Below are positions 47,751 through 57,364 of a stretch of 64,000 nt of DNA, piece after piece; the first letter of the stretch is position 1; the number at the start of each line of letters is the position of its first letter. Below the pieces are notes generated by a model. It was not told the DNA's origin. It ran no database searches and was given only the letters and a program-made list of their open reading frames with translations. Both the position numbers and the translations under genes were made by a program. Source of the DNA: Minisyncoccota bacterium (GTDB lineage: Bacteria; Patescibacteriota; Minisyncoccia; Phycocordibacterales; GCA-2401445); the NCBI GenBank assembly GCA_040879725.1, contig JBBDJV010000010.1, forward strand, positions 52,892-116,891, given 5' to 3'.

Positions 47751-48179
47751 ATGCAACTACACGAATTAAAACGGAATACAGCAAATAAAAAGAGCCGAAA
47801 AGTAGGGCGAGGTGGTGTTCGTGGTAAAACAGCTGGACGCGGTACTAAGGGACAAAAAGCACGAGCTGGACACAGAATTCGACCAGAAATTCGCGATACC
47901 ATCAAAAGACTTCCTAAGCTTCGTGGACGTGGAGTTAATAGCAACAAATCATTTGCACCACGACTTTCACCGGTAAACCTAAGTCTTCTTGAGGAGAAAT
48001 TCTCAGGGTCTGAGGTTACTCTTGCGACTCTTAAAGAGCAAAAACTCATAGCAGGAGGCTCAGTAGGAGCAAAAATCCTCGGTAAGGGCGATATCGCCAA
48101 AAAGCTTACCATTTCAGGTCTTTCTGTATCTGAAAGTGCGAAAGCAAAAATAGAGAAGGCAGGAGGAAAGGTGAACTAG
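47751..48179 (+). CDS. rplO: 50S ribosomal protein L15
   Basis: VGRGG..GKTAGRGTKGQKAR, KILGKG, KIEKAGG. Confidence 0.97.
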   Translation: MQLHELKRNTANKKSRKVGRGGVRGKTAGRGTKGQKARAGHRIRPEIRDTIKRLPKLRGRGVNSNKSFAPRLSPVNLSLLEEKFSGSEVTLATLKEQKLIAGGSVGAKILGKGDIAKKLTISGLSVSESAKAKIEKAGGKVN

Positions 48180-48224
48180 CGTCACCTTTTCCTTTTTGTG
48201 TTTGTAAGGTAAGATTGGATACGT

Positions 48225-49499
48225 ATGCATACTTTGATTGAAAAAATAAAACTAATAGTCCAGGATAGCTCATTGCGCAAAAAGGTTCTTTTTGTACTTG
48301 GGGCATTGGTGGTTTTCCGTCTTTTGGCGACAATCCCTATTCCGGGCGTAAACCAGGCTCAGCTTGTATCATTGTTTGAAAATAACCAGTTTCTAGGGTT
48401 GCTTAACCTGTTCTCAGGAGGTGGTCTTTCAAACCTATCGATTGTAATGCTTGGAGTTGGTCCGTACATTACTGCGTCGATTGTTATGCAGTTGATGACA
48501 CTGATGATTCCTCGCCTTAAAGCGATGTATCACGAAGAGGGTGAGATGGGTAAAAAGAAATTTACCCAGTACTCACGGTTGCTTACTGTACCGCTTGCTA
48601 TCATCCAAGGTTTTGGATTCATGATGCTCTTGCAACAGCAGGGGGTACTTTCAAACCTAACCGCTTTTGATTTCTTTACAAACATCGTTCTGGTTCTCGG
48701 AGGTTCAATACTCTTGATGTGGATAGGAGAGCTTATTACAGAGTTTGGTATCGGAAACGGAGTATCACTTATTATCTTTGCCGGTATCGTAGCGAGCTTG
48801 CCTCAGATTACACAGCAGTTACTCTTTGGATTCACACCGGAGCAAATCCCGCTATTCCTCGGATTCGGTGTGCTGGCTCTCGTAGTAATTTCTGCGGTGG
48901 TTATTATTACTGAAGCGGAAAGGCCAATTCCTATAACGTACGCAAAACGTGTACGTGGAAATAAAGTATACGGAGGAGTTTCAACATACCTTCCGCTTCG
49001 AGTTAACCAAGCTGGAGTTATTCCAATCATCTTCGCACTTTCTATTCTTCTGTTCCCACAGATGATAATTAACTTGCTCGGAACAATAGACAATGCACTT
49101 CTACAGAGCATTTCAACCTTTATCACTGAGACAATTCTCGGCACACCGTGGATCTATGCGTCATTCTACTTTATCTTGGTATTCCTATTCACATACTTCT
49201 ATACCGCGGTAACATTCGAACCTGACTCAATAGCAACAAACCTCCAGAAGAGCGGTGCCTTTATTCCGGGTGTACGACCAGGTAAATCAACATCAGATTA
49301 TATCAGTAAAGTGTTGGTAAGAATTACTCTTGTCGGAGCACTCTTCCTCGGCTTTATTGCTGTATTACCGCTTATTATGCAAGCAGTGACAAACCAAGCC
49401 GCACTTGCGATTGGTGGTACCGGACTGTTGATTGTGGTTTCTGTAGTACTCGACTTACTCAAGAAAATTGATGCGCAAGTATCAATGCGGGAATATTAA
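48225..49499 (+). CDS. secY: Preprotein translocase subunit SecY
   Basis: GPYITASIVMQL, GIGNGVSLIIFAGI, NQAGVIPIIFA, FIPGVRPG, GGTGLLIVV. Confidence 0.98.
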   Translation: MHTLIEKIKLIVQDSSLRKKVLFVLGALVVFRLLATIPIPGVNQAQLVSLFENNQFLGLLNLFSGGGLSNLSIVMLGVGPYITASIVMQLMTLMIPRLKAMYHEEGEMGKKKFTQYSRLLTVPLAIIQGFGFMMLLQQQGVLSNLTAFDFFTNIVLVLGGSILLMWIGELITEFGIGNGVSLIIFAGIVASLPQITQQLLFGFTPEQIPLFLGFGVLALVVISAVVIITEAERPIPITYAKRVRGNKVYGGVSTYLPLRVNQAGVIPIIFALSILLFPQMIINLLGTIDNALLQSISTFITETILGTPWIYASFYFILVFLFTYFYTAVTFEPDSIATNLQKSGAFIPGVRPGKSTSDYISKVLVRITLVGALFLGFIAVLPLIMQAVTNQAALAIGGTGLLIVVSVVLDLLKKIDAQVSMREY

Positions 49500-49529
49500 T
49501 TACAAACATAACAAAGTATTATTTTTCAA

Positions 49530-50120
49530 ATGGATCCACACATATTTGTTTTTTTTGGTCGCTCTGGGAGCGGTAAAGGTACACAGGTAGAATTACTTCG
49601 TGAGTATCTAAAGAAAAAGGATCCGGGACGAGAAATAATCCATGTTGAAACAGGGAAGAAGCTTCGTGCACACGCTGAAGACGGAACCTATTCAGGACAT
49701 CTTACTCATGAAGTGCTAAGTAAGGGCGGGTTAATGCCTGAGTTTCTTCCTATATACATGTGGTCGGATACATTCGTAAAAGAATACTCTGGAGAAGAGC
49801 ATCTTATTCTCGACGGTGTATCACGAAGACTTCCTGAGGCGGGAGTGCTGTTGGGCGCGATTAACTTTTACCATGCTAAGAAGGCATATGTAGTACATAT
49901 AGATGTAGCTCCTGAAATAGTAAAACAGAGATTACTCGAGAGGAAGCGTCCGGACGATACCGAAGAGTACATCGCGAGCCGATTGGCATGGTTTGAGGAA
50001 AATACTCGTCCCGCGATAGACTTTTTCAAAAATGCAGAAGGAATAACTTTCATTGAAATAGATGGTTCAGGTGGTTCAGAAAAAGTTCACGAAGAACTCA
50101 TTAAGCGTATAGAGCAGTGA
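49530..50120 (+). CDS. adk: Adenylate kinase family protein (short LID)
   Basis: GRSGSGKGTQ P-loop, ILDG..R, RPDD; position after secY. Confidence 0.88.
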   Translation: MDPHIFVFFGRSGSGKGTQVELLREYLKKKDPGREIIHVETGKKLRAHAEDGTYSGHLTHEVLSKGGLMPEFLPIYMWSDTFVKEYSGEEHLILDGVSRRLPEAGVLLGAINFYHAKKAYVVHIDVAPEIVKQRLLERKRPDDTEEYIASRLAWFEENTRPAIDFFKNAEGITFIEIDGSGGSEKVHEELIKRIEQ

Positions 50121-50884
50121 TAACAATAAAGAGTGAAAAAGAAATTAGCGTACTACGTGAAGGAGGAAAAAAACTTGCACACATTTTAGAAGTGCTATCA
50201 AAAAAAGTTGTTCCTGGAGTTACTACAGAAGAATTAAATAGCTTTGCGGAGCAACTTATACGTGAGGCGGGTGGAGAGGCATCGTTTCTTGGATATCAGC
50301 CAATGGGCGCACCCCGGCCGTATCCGGCGAGCTTGTGTGTTTCGGTAAATGACGCTATTGTCCATGGAATCTCAAATGAGAACCCAGTTACAATAGCAAA
50401 GGGTGACATGGTAAAGATTGATCTTGGACTTACGTACGAGGGTTTAATCACTGACTCTGCACGTACGGTTATCGCTGGCGAAGGTGACATAACTGCAAAG
50501 AAAATGGTTACTGCAACTTACGAGGGTCTTATGGCGGGGATTGAAGCGGCAAAAGGATTTAAAAATGTCGGTGATATCGGCTATGCGATAAAAGAGGCGG
50601 TTAAACCAAGCGGATTTTTTATATTTAAAGAGCTTGGCGGTCACGGAGTTGGCTACTCGGTACACGAAGAGCCATTTGTGGCAAATGTAGGCCAGCGAGG
50701 GCGAGGGGAGCTCCTAAAACCTGGTATGGTGCTCGCGCTTGAGCTTATGCTCGGAGAAACAACCGGAGAAATAATTCAGGATAATGATGGGTATACCTAT
50801 CGAACCAAAGATGGTTCTCGCTCGACACACATTGAGCACACTATCGTGATAACCGATTCTGATCCAGAGATACTCACAGAATAA
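50117..50884 (+). CDS. map: Methionine aminopeptidase type I
   Basis: CVSVNDAIVHG, KIDLG, DSART, GHGVG..VHEEP, EHTI; GTG start overlapping the adk stop. Confidence 0.96.
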   Translation: MITIKSEKEISVLREGGKKLAHILEVLSKKVVPGVTTEELNSFAEQLIREAGGEASFLGYQPMGAPRPYPASLCVSVNDAIVHGISNENPVTIAKGDMVKIDLGLTYEGLITDSARTVIAGEGDITAKKMVTATYEGLMAGIEAAKGFKNVGDIGYAIKEAVKPSGFFIFKELGGHGVGYSVHEEPFVANVGQRGRGELLKPGMVLALELMLGETTGEIIQDNDGYTYRTKDGSRSTHIEHTIVITDSDPEILTE

Positions 50885-50914
50885 AAAACCCGAGGCAAAG
50901 GCCTCGGGTTTTTT
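50883..50914 (+). terminator. Terminator ending the spc-secY-map unit
   Basis: AAAAAACCCGAGGC-AAAG-GCCTCGGGTTTTTTT. Confidence 0.88.
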
Positions 50915-50992
50915 TACAGAGCATTTCACACTGTCGGTATGCTATCATTACAGTATGAAATGTGAACACTATACGCTAGCAGATAGAGCGAT

Positions 50993-53740
50993 ATGCTAGG
51001 TGAGAAATTTAATTCACCGGAGCAGGAGCGAGGACATGTTCAAGAGCGAGTCGGAGAACGTCTTGCTCGTTCGGGCGTTCTGGAAAATGGTGAGTGGCGT
51101 GAACAGGTAGCAAAAGAAATTATTTCAGAATACGGACAAGAGCCTCTATCCGAAACACATAGCAAAGAGTACGCCTTCGGTCATGATGAAATTGAACGTA
51201 CTGGTGTACGGCTGGATCCCGAACCACATGACGCACAAATTGCTGAGCTTATTCATATACTTGAAGAACGAGGGATAAAAAATGCCATCGCGGTTATGGC
51301 TCGGTTACGCAATCCGCACCTTGAGGACGATTTTCTGCGTTTTCTGGTTCAATATCTTGCTATACACGAGGGTGACAAAACCCTTTCGAAAAATAGTCCC
51401 GAATGGAAAGCGCTCCACATGGTGTTATACGAAGTATCGCTACCGACAACCACACTCGGAGAACAGAATCGTTCGTTAAAAGAACTTGTGTCAGCCATGG
51501 AGCAGTTTTATTCCGGAATGCTTTCTATTCAAAAGGAAGGTGTCGGACCTGCGCACTGCACTATTGAGTTGGCAGTAGAAAATCATAAAGAAGAGTTTAT
51601 TTTTTACGTTTCTGTACCCAAAGACCGCTCGAATATTTTTGAGAATCATATGCAGTCGGTATTTCCGCAAGCGAGAATACGTCAGGAGAAGAATGACTAT
51701 AATATTTTTAATGTAGAAGGAGAGTCGGTAGGTGCATACGCTACGTTTGCAAAACCAGCAGTGTATCCGCTTAAAACAATAGAAGCTTTTGACCACGACC
51801 CACTTGCGTCACTCATTAGTTCTTTTGAGAAGGTGGACCATGAAGGGGAAGGGGCGGCAATTCAGATTGTTTTTCATCCGGTAAATGATAGGTATGTTTC
51901 TAAGTACACGCATGTTATCGAAGACGTTGCGAAAGGAACTCCGGTAAAGGAGGCTCTCGCTCGTCCCGACACACTCACGGAGCATATATTTGCGGGAGTT
52001 AAGGATTTATTCGCTCCATCGAGTACTGCAAAAAAAGAAGAAGAAGAGGAACCAGCTGAAAAGATTATTGATACTGATGCGCTTGAGCTTTTCAAACAAA
52101 AGGTGAGCTCGCCTATTGTTGAGGTGAATATTCGTGTGATTGCATCCAGCAGAACAAAGGCAGAAGCAGAGGCTGTTTTGTCTGATATTGAGTCATCGTT
52201 TAACCAGTTTGAGCATACGCGAGGAAACAAGCTTGTATTTACGCATTTACACGGAAGTAACTTACGTTCTTTACTCCGAGATTTTTCTTTCAGATTTTTC
52301 TATGGCAAACGCGCGCTTCCTCTAAGTCTGCGTGAGCTCTCTTCTATCATGCATTTCCCTAATACCGGCGCCAAAGTTTCTTCACAGCTAAGGTCATCTA
52401 AGTCGGGAGTTTCCTCTGCTCCTGTTGGTATACCGCGTGAAGGTGTTGTGCTTGGCATTAACAAAGTACGTAACAACGAAACGCCGATATACATGACACC
52501 GGAAGACCGCTTGCGACACCTCTATGTTATCGGGCAGACCGGTACCGGAAAAACCTCACTCTTGAAAAACATGATAGTTCAGGATATTCAAAATGGTGAT
52601 GGAGTGTGTTTTATTGATCCACACGGAAGCGACGTACAAGATATTTTGGCACAAATACCACGTGAGCGTTTTGAAGATGTTATCTATTTTGATCCTAGTT
52701 ATACTGCTCGGCCTATGTCACTTAACATGCTTGAGTATGACGAGCGGTATCCGGAGCAGAAAACGTTTGTGGTAAATGAGATGCTCTCCATTTTCAATAA
52801 GCTTTTTGACATGAAAGCCGCGGGAGGTCCTATGTTTGAGCAGTACTTTAGAAATGCCGCGCTTTTGATACTCGATGATCCAACAACAGGCTCAACACTG
52901 CTTGAGCTTTCGCGTGTGTTGGCGGATAAAAAGTTCAGAGAGCTGAAGCTTTCACGGTGTCGTAACCCGATAGTTATTCAGTTCTGGAGAGAGGTGGCGG
53001 AGAAGGCAGGTGGAGAAGCTTCACTACAAAACATGGTTCCGTATATTACCTCGAAGTTTGATAACTTCCTCAGCAACGATATTATGCGTCCGATTATCGC
53101 ACAACAGAAATCGAGTTTGAATTTCAGGGAAATTATGGATTCTCGAAAAATACTTTTGGTTAATCTTTCAAAAGGACGACTCGGTGAAAGTAATGCAAAC
53201 CTCATTGGACTCATTCTTGTTGGTAAGATACTCATGTCCGCACTTTCTCGAGTGGATTCACTTTCTTCTGATATCGCTCCGTTCTATCTTTACATTGACG
53301 AGTTCCAAAATGTAACAACAGACTCAATTTCAACAATTCTCTCTGAGGCTAGAAAATACAAACTTTCACTTACCATTGCGCATCAATTTATAAATCAGCT
53401 AGAAGACGATATTCGAGACGCGGTTTTTGGAAACGTCGGCTCACTGGCTGCGTTTCGTGTCGGAAGTGAAGATGCTGAATTTTTGGAAAAGCAGTTTGCT
53501 CCTACATTCTCCGCAAAAGATATAATGGAACTTGATAATTACAATGCGTATGTGCGCATGCTCGCCTCTGGACGCCCGATAGCACCATTCAATATAGAAA
53601 CACTACCTCCGCAAAAAGGAAGAGGCGATATTGTGGATCAGGTTAAAGAACTCTCATACCTAAAGTATGGAAAAGAACGTTCTATTGTAGAGCAGGAAAT
53701 ACTATCTCGGTATCGAAAGACAAGCGTAGGAGGGCAGTAA
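50993..53740 (+). CDS. VirB4/TraG-TraD-like (HerA/FtsK superfamily) ATPase
   Basis: DRLRHLYVIGQTGTGKT, FIDPHG, FYLYIDEFQN, ILSEARKY.L..AHQ, VFGNVG. Confidence 0.9.
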   Translation: MLGEKFNSPEQERGHVQERVGERLARSGVLENGEWREQVAKEIISEYGQEPLSETHSKEYAFGHDEIERTGVRLDPEPHDAQIAELIHILEERGIKNAIAVMARLRNPHLEDDFLRFLVQYLAIHEGDKTLSKNSPEWKALHMVLYEVSLPTTTLGEQNRSLKELVSAMEQFYSGMLSIQKEGVGPAHCTIELAVENHKEEFIFYVSVPKDRSNIFENHMQSVFPQARIRQEKNDYNIFNVEGESVGAYATFAKPAVYPLKTIEAFDHDPLASLISSFEKVDHEGEGAAIQIVFHPVNDRYVSKYTHVIEDVAKGTPVKEALARPDTLTEHIFAGVKDLFAPSSTAKKEEEEEPAEKIIDTDALELFKQKVSSPIVEVNIRVIASSRTKAEAEAVLSDIESSFNQFEHTRGNKLVFTHLHGSNLRSLLRDFSFRFFYGKRALPLSLRELSSIMHFPNTGAKVSSQLRSSKSGVSSAPVGIPREGVVLGINKVRNNETPIYMTPEDRLRHLYVIGQTGTGKTSLLKNMIVQDIQNGDGVCFIDPHGSDVQDILAQIPRERFEDVIYFDPSYTARPMSLNMLEYDERYPEQKTFVVNEMLSIFNKLFDMKAAGGPMFEQYFRNAALLILDDPTTGSTLLELSRVLADKKFRELKLSRCRNPIVIQFWREVAEKAGGEASLQNMVPYITSKFDNFLSNDIMRPIIAQQKSSLNFREIMDSRKILLVNLSKGRLGESNANLIGLILVGKILMSALSRVDSLSSDIAPFYLYIDEFQNVTTDSISTILSEARKYKLSLTIAHQFINQLEDDIRDAVFGNVGSLAAFRVGSEDAEFLEKQFAPTFSAKDIMELDNYNAYVRMLASGRPIAPFNIETLPPQKGRGDIVDQVKELSYLKYGKERSIVEQEILSRYRKTSVGGQ

Positions 53741-53845
53741 AACCCGTTGTATTAAGACAGGTTTTTTGCTACACTCAAGGGCATTATTGGCAGTAGGGGA
53801 GCTTTCCTCTCTCTGTTTCAAGACATTATTACGTAATTTATTGCT

Positions 53846-54448
53846 ATGGCGCATCCAAAGAAAGAAAGGACATTCGTTATTATTAAACCGGACGGAATAC
53901 AGCGTTCACTTATTGGTGAAATACTAAAACGCTTTGAGAGAACCGGACTCAAGATCGTGGGAATGAAATTTACCATGCTTGATGAGAAAAAGTTGTGGAA
54001 GCACTACAACAAAGATGATGCGTGGTTTGAGAAAAAGGGTACAAATATCGTAAAAGATAGAACAGAAGCTGGACTTCCAGTTGAGAAAGAGGCAATAGAG
54101 TACGGAAAAGATATTATTCGCGCGCTCGTAAGCTTTATGACCGCAGGACCGGTGGTTATGATGGTTCTTGAAGGAAACCAGGCGGTAGCGGTGGTAAAGA
54201 AGCTTGTGGGAGAAACAGAGCCTGCAACATCGGATGTAGGGACGATTAGAGGAGACCTAACACTTGATTCATACGCAATTTCTGCGGTTGATGACCGTGC
54301 GGTACGAAACCTTATCCACTGTTCCGACGAGGTGCAGAATGCGGAAACTGAAATTAAGCTTTGGTTTGATTCTTCAGATTTAATTAACTACCGCCATATT
54401 GGAGAAGAAATTCTTTACGATATAAACTTGGACGGCATAAAAGAGTAA
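53846..54448 (+). CDS. ndk: Nucleoside diphosphate kinase
   Basis: ERTFVIIKPDG, GTIRGD, RNLIHCSD. Confidence 0.96.
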   Translation: MAHPKKERTFVIIKPDGIQRSLIGEILKRFERTGLKIVGMKFTMLDEKKLWKHYNKDDAWFEKKGTNIVKDRTEAGLPVEKEAIEYGKDIIRALVSFMTAGPVVMMVLEGNQAVAVVKKLVGETEPATSDVGTIRGDLTLDSYAISAVDDRAVRNLIHCSDEVQNAETEIKLWFDSSDLINYRHIGEEILYDINLDGIKE

Positions 54449-54508
54449 CAAAATCCCCGCTTAAGCGGGGATTTTGTTTTGTGTATAAAAGGATAGTATA
54501 CTGTAGAT

Positions 54509-54632
54509 AGGGTTATGAGGCATATTAACTAGATGTTAAATAGCCAGGGAGTCTTACATCATGTACTGCCGTGGTAGTACAGTGCGGACACCCACTTGAA
54601 ATAAAAACTCAAGGCTAATATCCCATAGCCCT
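54509..54632 (+). ncRNA. Putative compact 6S RNA (SsrS-like)
   Basis: TATACT -10 box at 54497; closing stem AGGGTTATG/CATAGCCCT; central bubble; GGGAGTC/GACACCC stem; apical TGTACTGC-CGTG-GTAGTACA hairpin; terminator at 54636-54664. Confidence 0.65.
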
Positions 54633-54686
54633 TACAAAAAGATCCGCCTGTGGCGGATTTTTTTGTGCGTGTATAATAGAGTAACC

Positions 54687-55070
54687 ATGATAATACGATA
54701 CAGAGCACTTATAGTAATATTGATATTGAGCGGAGTGCTCTATGTATCTCACATGTACGCGTCCGCACATGCGCTCTATTTTGAGTACTACTGGTTCAGC
54801 GCAATTATGCACTTACTTGGTGGGAGTATACTCGGGCTTCTGTGGCTCTGGTTTGTAGGGCGCGCGGGGAAAAGCCACTCTGTTTGGACAACACTCGCAT
54901 TTGTATTATTCATTGGAGTTTCGTGGGAGATTTTTGAATACGTGTTTGATATTGCCTATGCGGGACGCTACTATGCCATAGATACAAGTGTGGATATTCT
55001 TATGGATGTACTCGGAGCATTACTTATGTACGTTTTCTTTAAAAATAAATTTATACAACATCATGAATAA
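54687..55070 (+). CDS. Small four-TM membrane protein (H..GG / WE..E / DT..D motif family)
   Basis: IMHLLGG, SWEIFEY, DTSVDILMDVLG; stop overlaps the next ATG. Confidence 0.75.
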   Translation: MIIRYRALIVILILSGVLYVSHMYASAHALYFEYYWFSAIMHLLGGSILGLLWLWFVGRAGKSHSVWTTLAFVLFIGVSWEIFEYVFDIAYAGRYYAIDTSVDILMDVLGALLMYVFFKNKFIQHHE

Positions 55071-56427
55071 ACTTTCACTAACATGCTATGGAGGTGTTGG
55101 GTCGGTAACGGGCGCAAATTTTTTACTCGCATGGGGTGAGCGACACATACTTGTTGATTGTGGGTTGGTTCAGGGCGGAGAGTTCGCAAAGGAAGAAAAT
55201 AAAAAACCCTTCGCGTATAATCCGGCGAAAACAGATACGCTGATAGTTACCCACGCGCACATGGACCATATTGGACGTATTCCAAAGCTGGTCCAGGAGG
55301 GTTTTTCCGGGAAAATTATTTCCACTCCATCTACCAAAGAGCTTGCGGAAATAATGCTGATAGACAGCATGGGCGTGCTCGCGCGTCAGGCTGAAGAAAA
55401 GGGAGAAGAACCACTCTATACTAAAGAAGATGTTGTAAAAGCACTCTCGCTTTGGGAAACAACACCGTACCACACCAATACAGACATGGGTGATGGATTT
55501 TCTTTTATATTTAAAGATGCCGGGCATATTCTCGGTTCGGCTATTGTTACCATAACAGCACCAAATGGTAAAAAGATAGTATTTTCGGGCGATTTAGGAA
55601 ACTCTCCCGCACCGCTTCTTCGAGAAACAGAGTCAATTACTGAAGCAGATTACATTGTTATGGAAAGTGTATACGGCGACCGTGTGCATGAAGCGCGTGA
55701 TACGAGAAGCAAACAGCTGGAGGAAATAATAGCAGAAAGCATACAGCGGGGTGGGGCATTAATGATTCCCGCATTTTCAATCGAGAGAACACAGACAGTA
55801 TTGTATGAAATAAACAAGTTGATTGAATCAGGAAAGATTCCGCATGTTCCCGTGTTCCTAGACTCACCACTGGCGATAAAGGTTACCGATATATATAAAC
55901 ACCGAAGTAAGAATTTTAACGAAGACGTACGTGGTGAAATACAAGATGGAGATGATATTTTTGATTTCCCAAACTTTACCGCGACGCTTCGCTCTCGCGA
56001 ATCTCATGAAATAGACGCTGTTCCAAACCCAAAAATAATTATCGCCGGCTCAGGTATGTCCAACGGTGGAAGAATAGTTCGACATGAACAAAAGTACCTC
56101 CCCGATCCGAGTAGTACGATCCTCTTTCTCGGGTTTCAAGCCGCGGAAACACTGGGTAGGAAAATACTTGAAGGCAATAAAGAAGTAATGATAAACAATG
56201 AGAAAGTACCGGTAAAAGCTCGTGTAGAAGTAATCACAGGGTACTCAGGGCATGCTGACCGCGATGGACTTCTTGCATTTGTAGAGCCAGTTGCGGAGCA
56301 GGTACGCAAGGTATTTGTAACTATGGGTGAGCCAAAGGCGTCGCTGTTTTTAGTACAGCGCTTGCGTGACTATCTGGGTGTCGATGCTGTGTATCCCGAA
56401 GCAGAAAAGGAGTATGTGCTTGAGTAA
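55063..56427 (+). CDS. MBL/beta-CASP RNA-metabolising nuclease (YSH1-like)
   Basis: THAHMDHIGR, DAGHILGSA, FSGDLG, MESVYGDR, PAFSIERTQ, AGSGM, YSGHAD. Confidence 0.93.
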   Translation: MNKLSLTCYGGVGSVTGANFLLAWGERHILVDCGLVQGGEFAKEENKKPFAYNPAKTDTLIVTHAHMDHIGRIPKLVQEGFSGKIISTPSTKELAEIMLIDSMGVLARQAEEKGEEPLYTKEDVVKALSLWETTPYHTNTDMGDGFSFIFKDAGHILGSAIVTITAPNGKKIVFSGDLGNSPAPLLRETESITEADYIVMESVYGDRVHEARDTRSKQLEEIIAESIQRGGALMIPAFSIERTQTVLYEINKLIESGKIPHVPVFLDSPLAIKVTDIYKHRSKNFNEDVRGEIQDGDDIFDFPNFTATLRSRESHEIDAVPNPKIIIAGSGMSNGGRIVRHEQKYLPDPSSTILFLGFQAAETLGRKILEGNKEVMINNEKVPVKARVEVITGYSGHADRDGLLAFVEPVAEQVRKVFVTMGEPKASLFLVQRLRDYLGVDAVYPEAEKEYVLE

Positions 56428-56568
56428 ATAAACACTCTTTTTCTTTTCTGTTCCTGCGTGTTTGTGATGTCAGACCTGCGACCAGAGAGGTTTTGAATGG
56501 TTTGGATTAGTTCCAGGCGAAGCGGGGGGTATAAATGAGGTCTTATAAACAAAACCAGACAAAACCAG

Positions 56569-56694
56569 AACGAGGTTAAACCTCGTTATAATATTGCGTT
56601 GCTAAATAAGGCTTTTTCCGAACGAGGTTTAACCTCGTTCGGAGTTGTTACGGAAATGTTATTATACCTCCAGTACAAGGGGTCCCCTTGTACT
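56569..56694. repeat. Cluster of palindromes (REP-like), cluster 2
   Basis: AACGAGGTT-A-AACCTCGTT 56569-56587; TCCGAACGAGGTT-T-AACCTCGTTCGGA 56617-56643; AGTACAAGGGG-T-CCCCTTGTACT 56672-56694. Confidence 0.85.
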
Positions 56695-56780
56695 ATTTAC
56701 TATTGAGTCATTTAAAGGTACTGTATGCCGTCACGAATCACTAAGTTTGTCTTTTACAATGGTATATATAATCTGCAAAT

Positions 56781-56817
56781 AAATAAAAAACGCCGGCGTG
56801 CCGGCGTTTTTTATTTA
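56781..56817 (-). terminator. Terminator after rplT
   Basis: AAATAAAAAACGCCGGC-GT-GCCGGCGTTTTTTATTT. Confidence 0.85.
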
Positions 56818-57159
56818 TGCTACTTTTTCTACAACTCGTTTGAAGCTTTCTGGATTAGCTTGCGCCAATGTGGAAAGAATTTTTCTATCTAGCTTGATGT
56901 TCTTCTTCTTTAGTGTGTCTATAAATTTACTGTATGAGATTCCGTGGGGGGTGAGTGCCGCATTTATGCGAACTGTCCACAAACGGCGAAAGTCTCCTTT
57001 CTTGTCTTTTCGGTGAGCAAAAGCGTATGACCCTGCTTTTACCACTGCAACTTTTGCCAAGCGTTCTTTTGTTGAACGTCCAAAACGATATCCTTTTGCT
57101 TTAGAAAGGACGCTTCGTCGGCGTTTTAGTGCAATTGTTCCTCGTTTTACTCGTGTCAT
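56815..57159 (-). CDS. rplT: 50S ribosomal protein L20
   Basis: MTRVKRG, FRRLWTVRINAA, LDRKILS. Confidence 0.98.
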   Translation of the reverse strand: MTRVKRGTIALKRRRSVLSKAKGYRFGRSTKERLAKVAVVKAGSYAFAHRKDKKGDFRRLWTVRINAALTPHGISYSKFIDTLKKKNIKLDRKILSTLAQANPESFKRVVEKVA

Positions 57160-57174
57160 TGTATTTTGTATTTA

Positions 57175-57360
57175 TTATGCTGATGGAAGAAATCGACGAC
57201 GGTCTCGAGTGCTCATTTGGATGCTCTGAGATTGTTTTTTTACTCCTTTGGTCTGTGAAGACTCTTTTGCATTAAAATGGTTCTGTCCGGCTTTTCGAGC
57301 GGTAATCTTGCCATTTTTACTCACTTTAAGTCTTTTTGTGTATGATTTGTTTGTTTTCAT
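57175..57360 (-). CDS. rpmI: 50S ribosomal protein L35
   Basis: MKTNKSYTKR.K...GK, HFNAK; position between infC and rplT. Confidence 0.92.
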   Translation of the reverse strand: MKTNKSYTKRLKVSKNGKITARKAGQNHFNAKESSQTKGVKKQSQSIQMSTRDRRRFLPSA

Positions 57361-57364
57361 TGTA

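Noticed and set aside
54615-54812. 65-aa minus-strand ORF overlapping the 6S-like element
   Set aside because: Antisense to the membrane gene and runs through a terminator.
56370-56552. 60-aa minus-strand ORF beside palindrome cluster 2
   Set aside because: TTG start, overlaps the beta-CASP 3' end, no family motif; possibly a remnant but unsupported.
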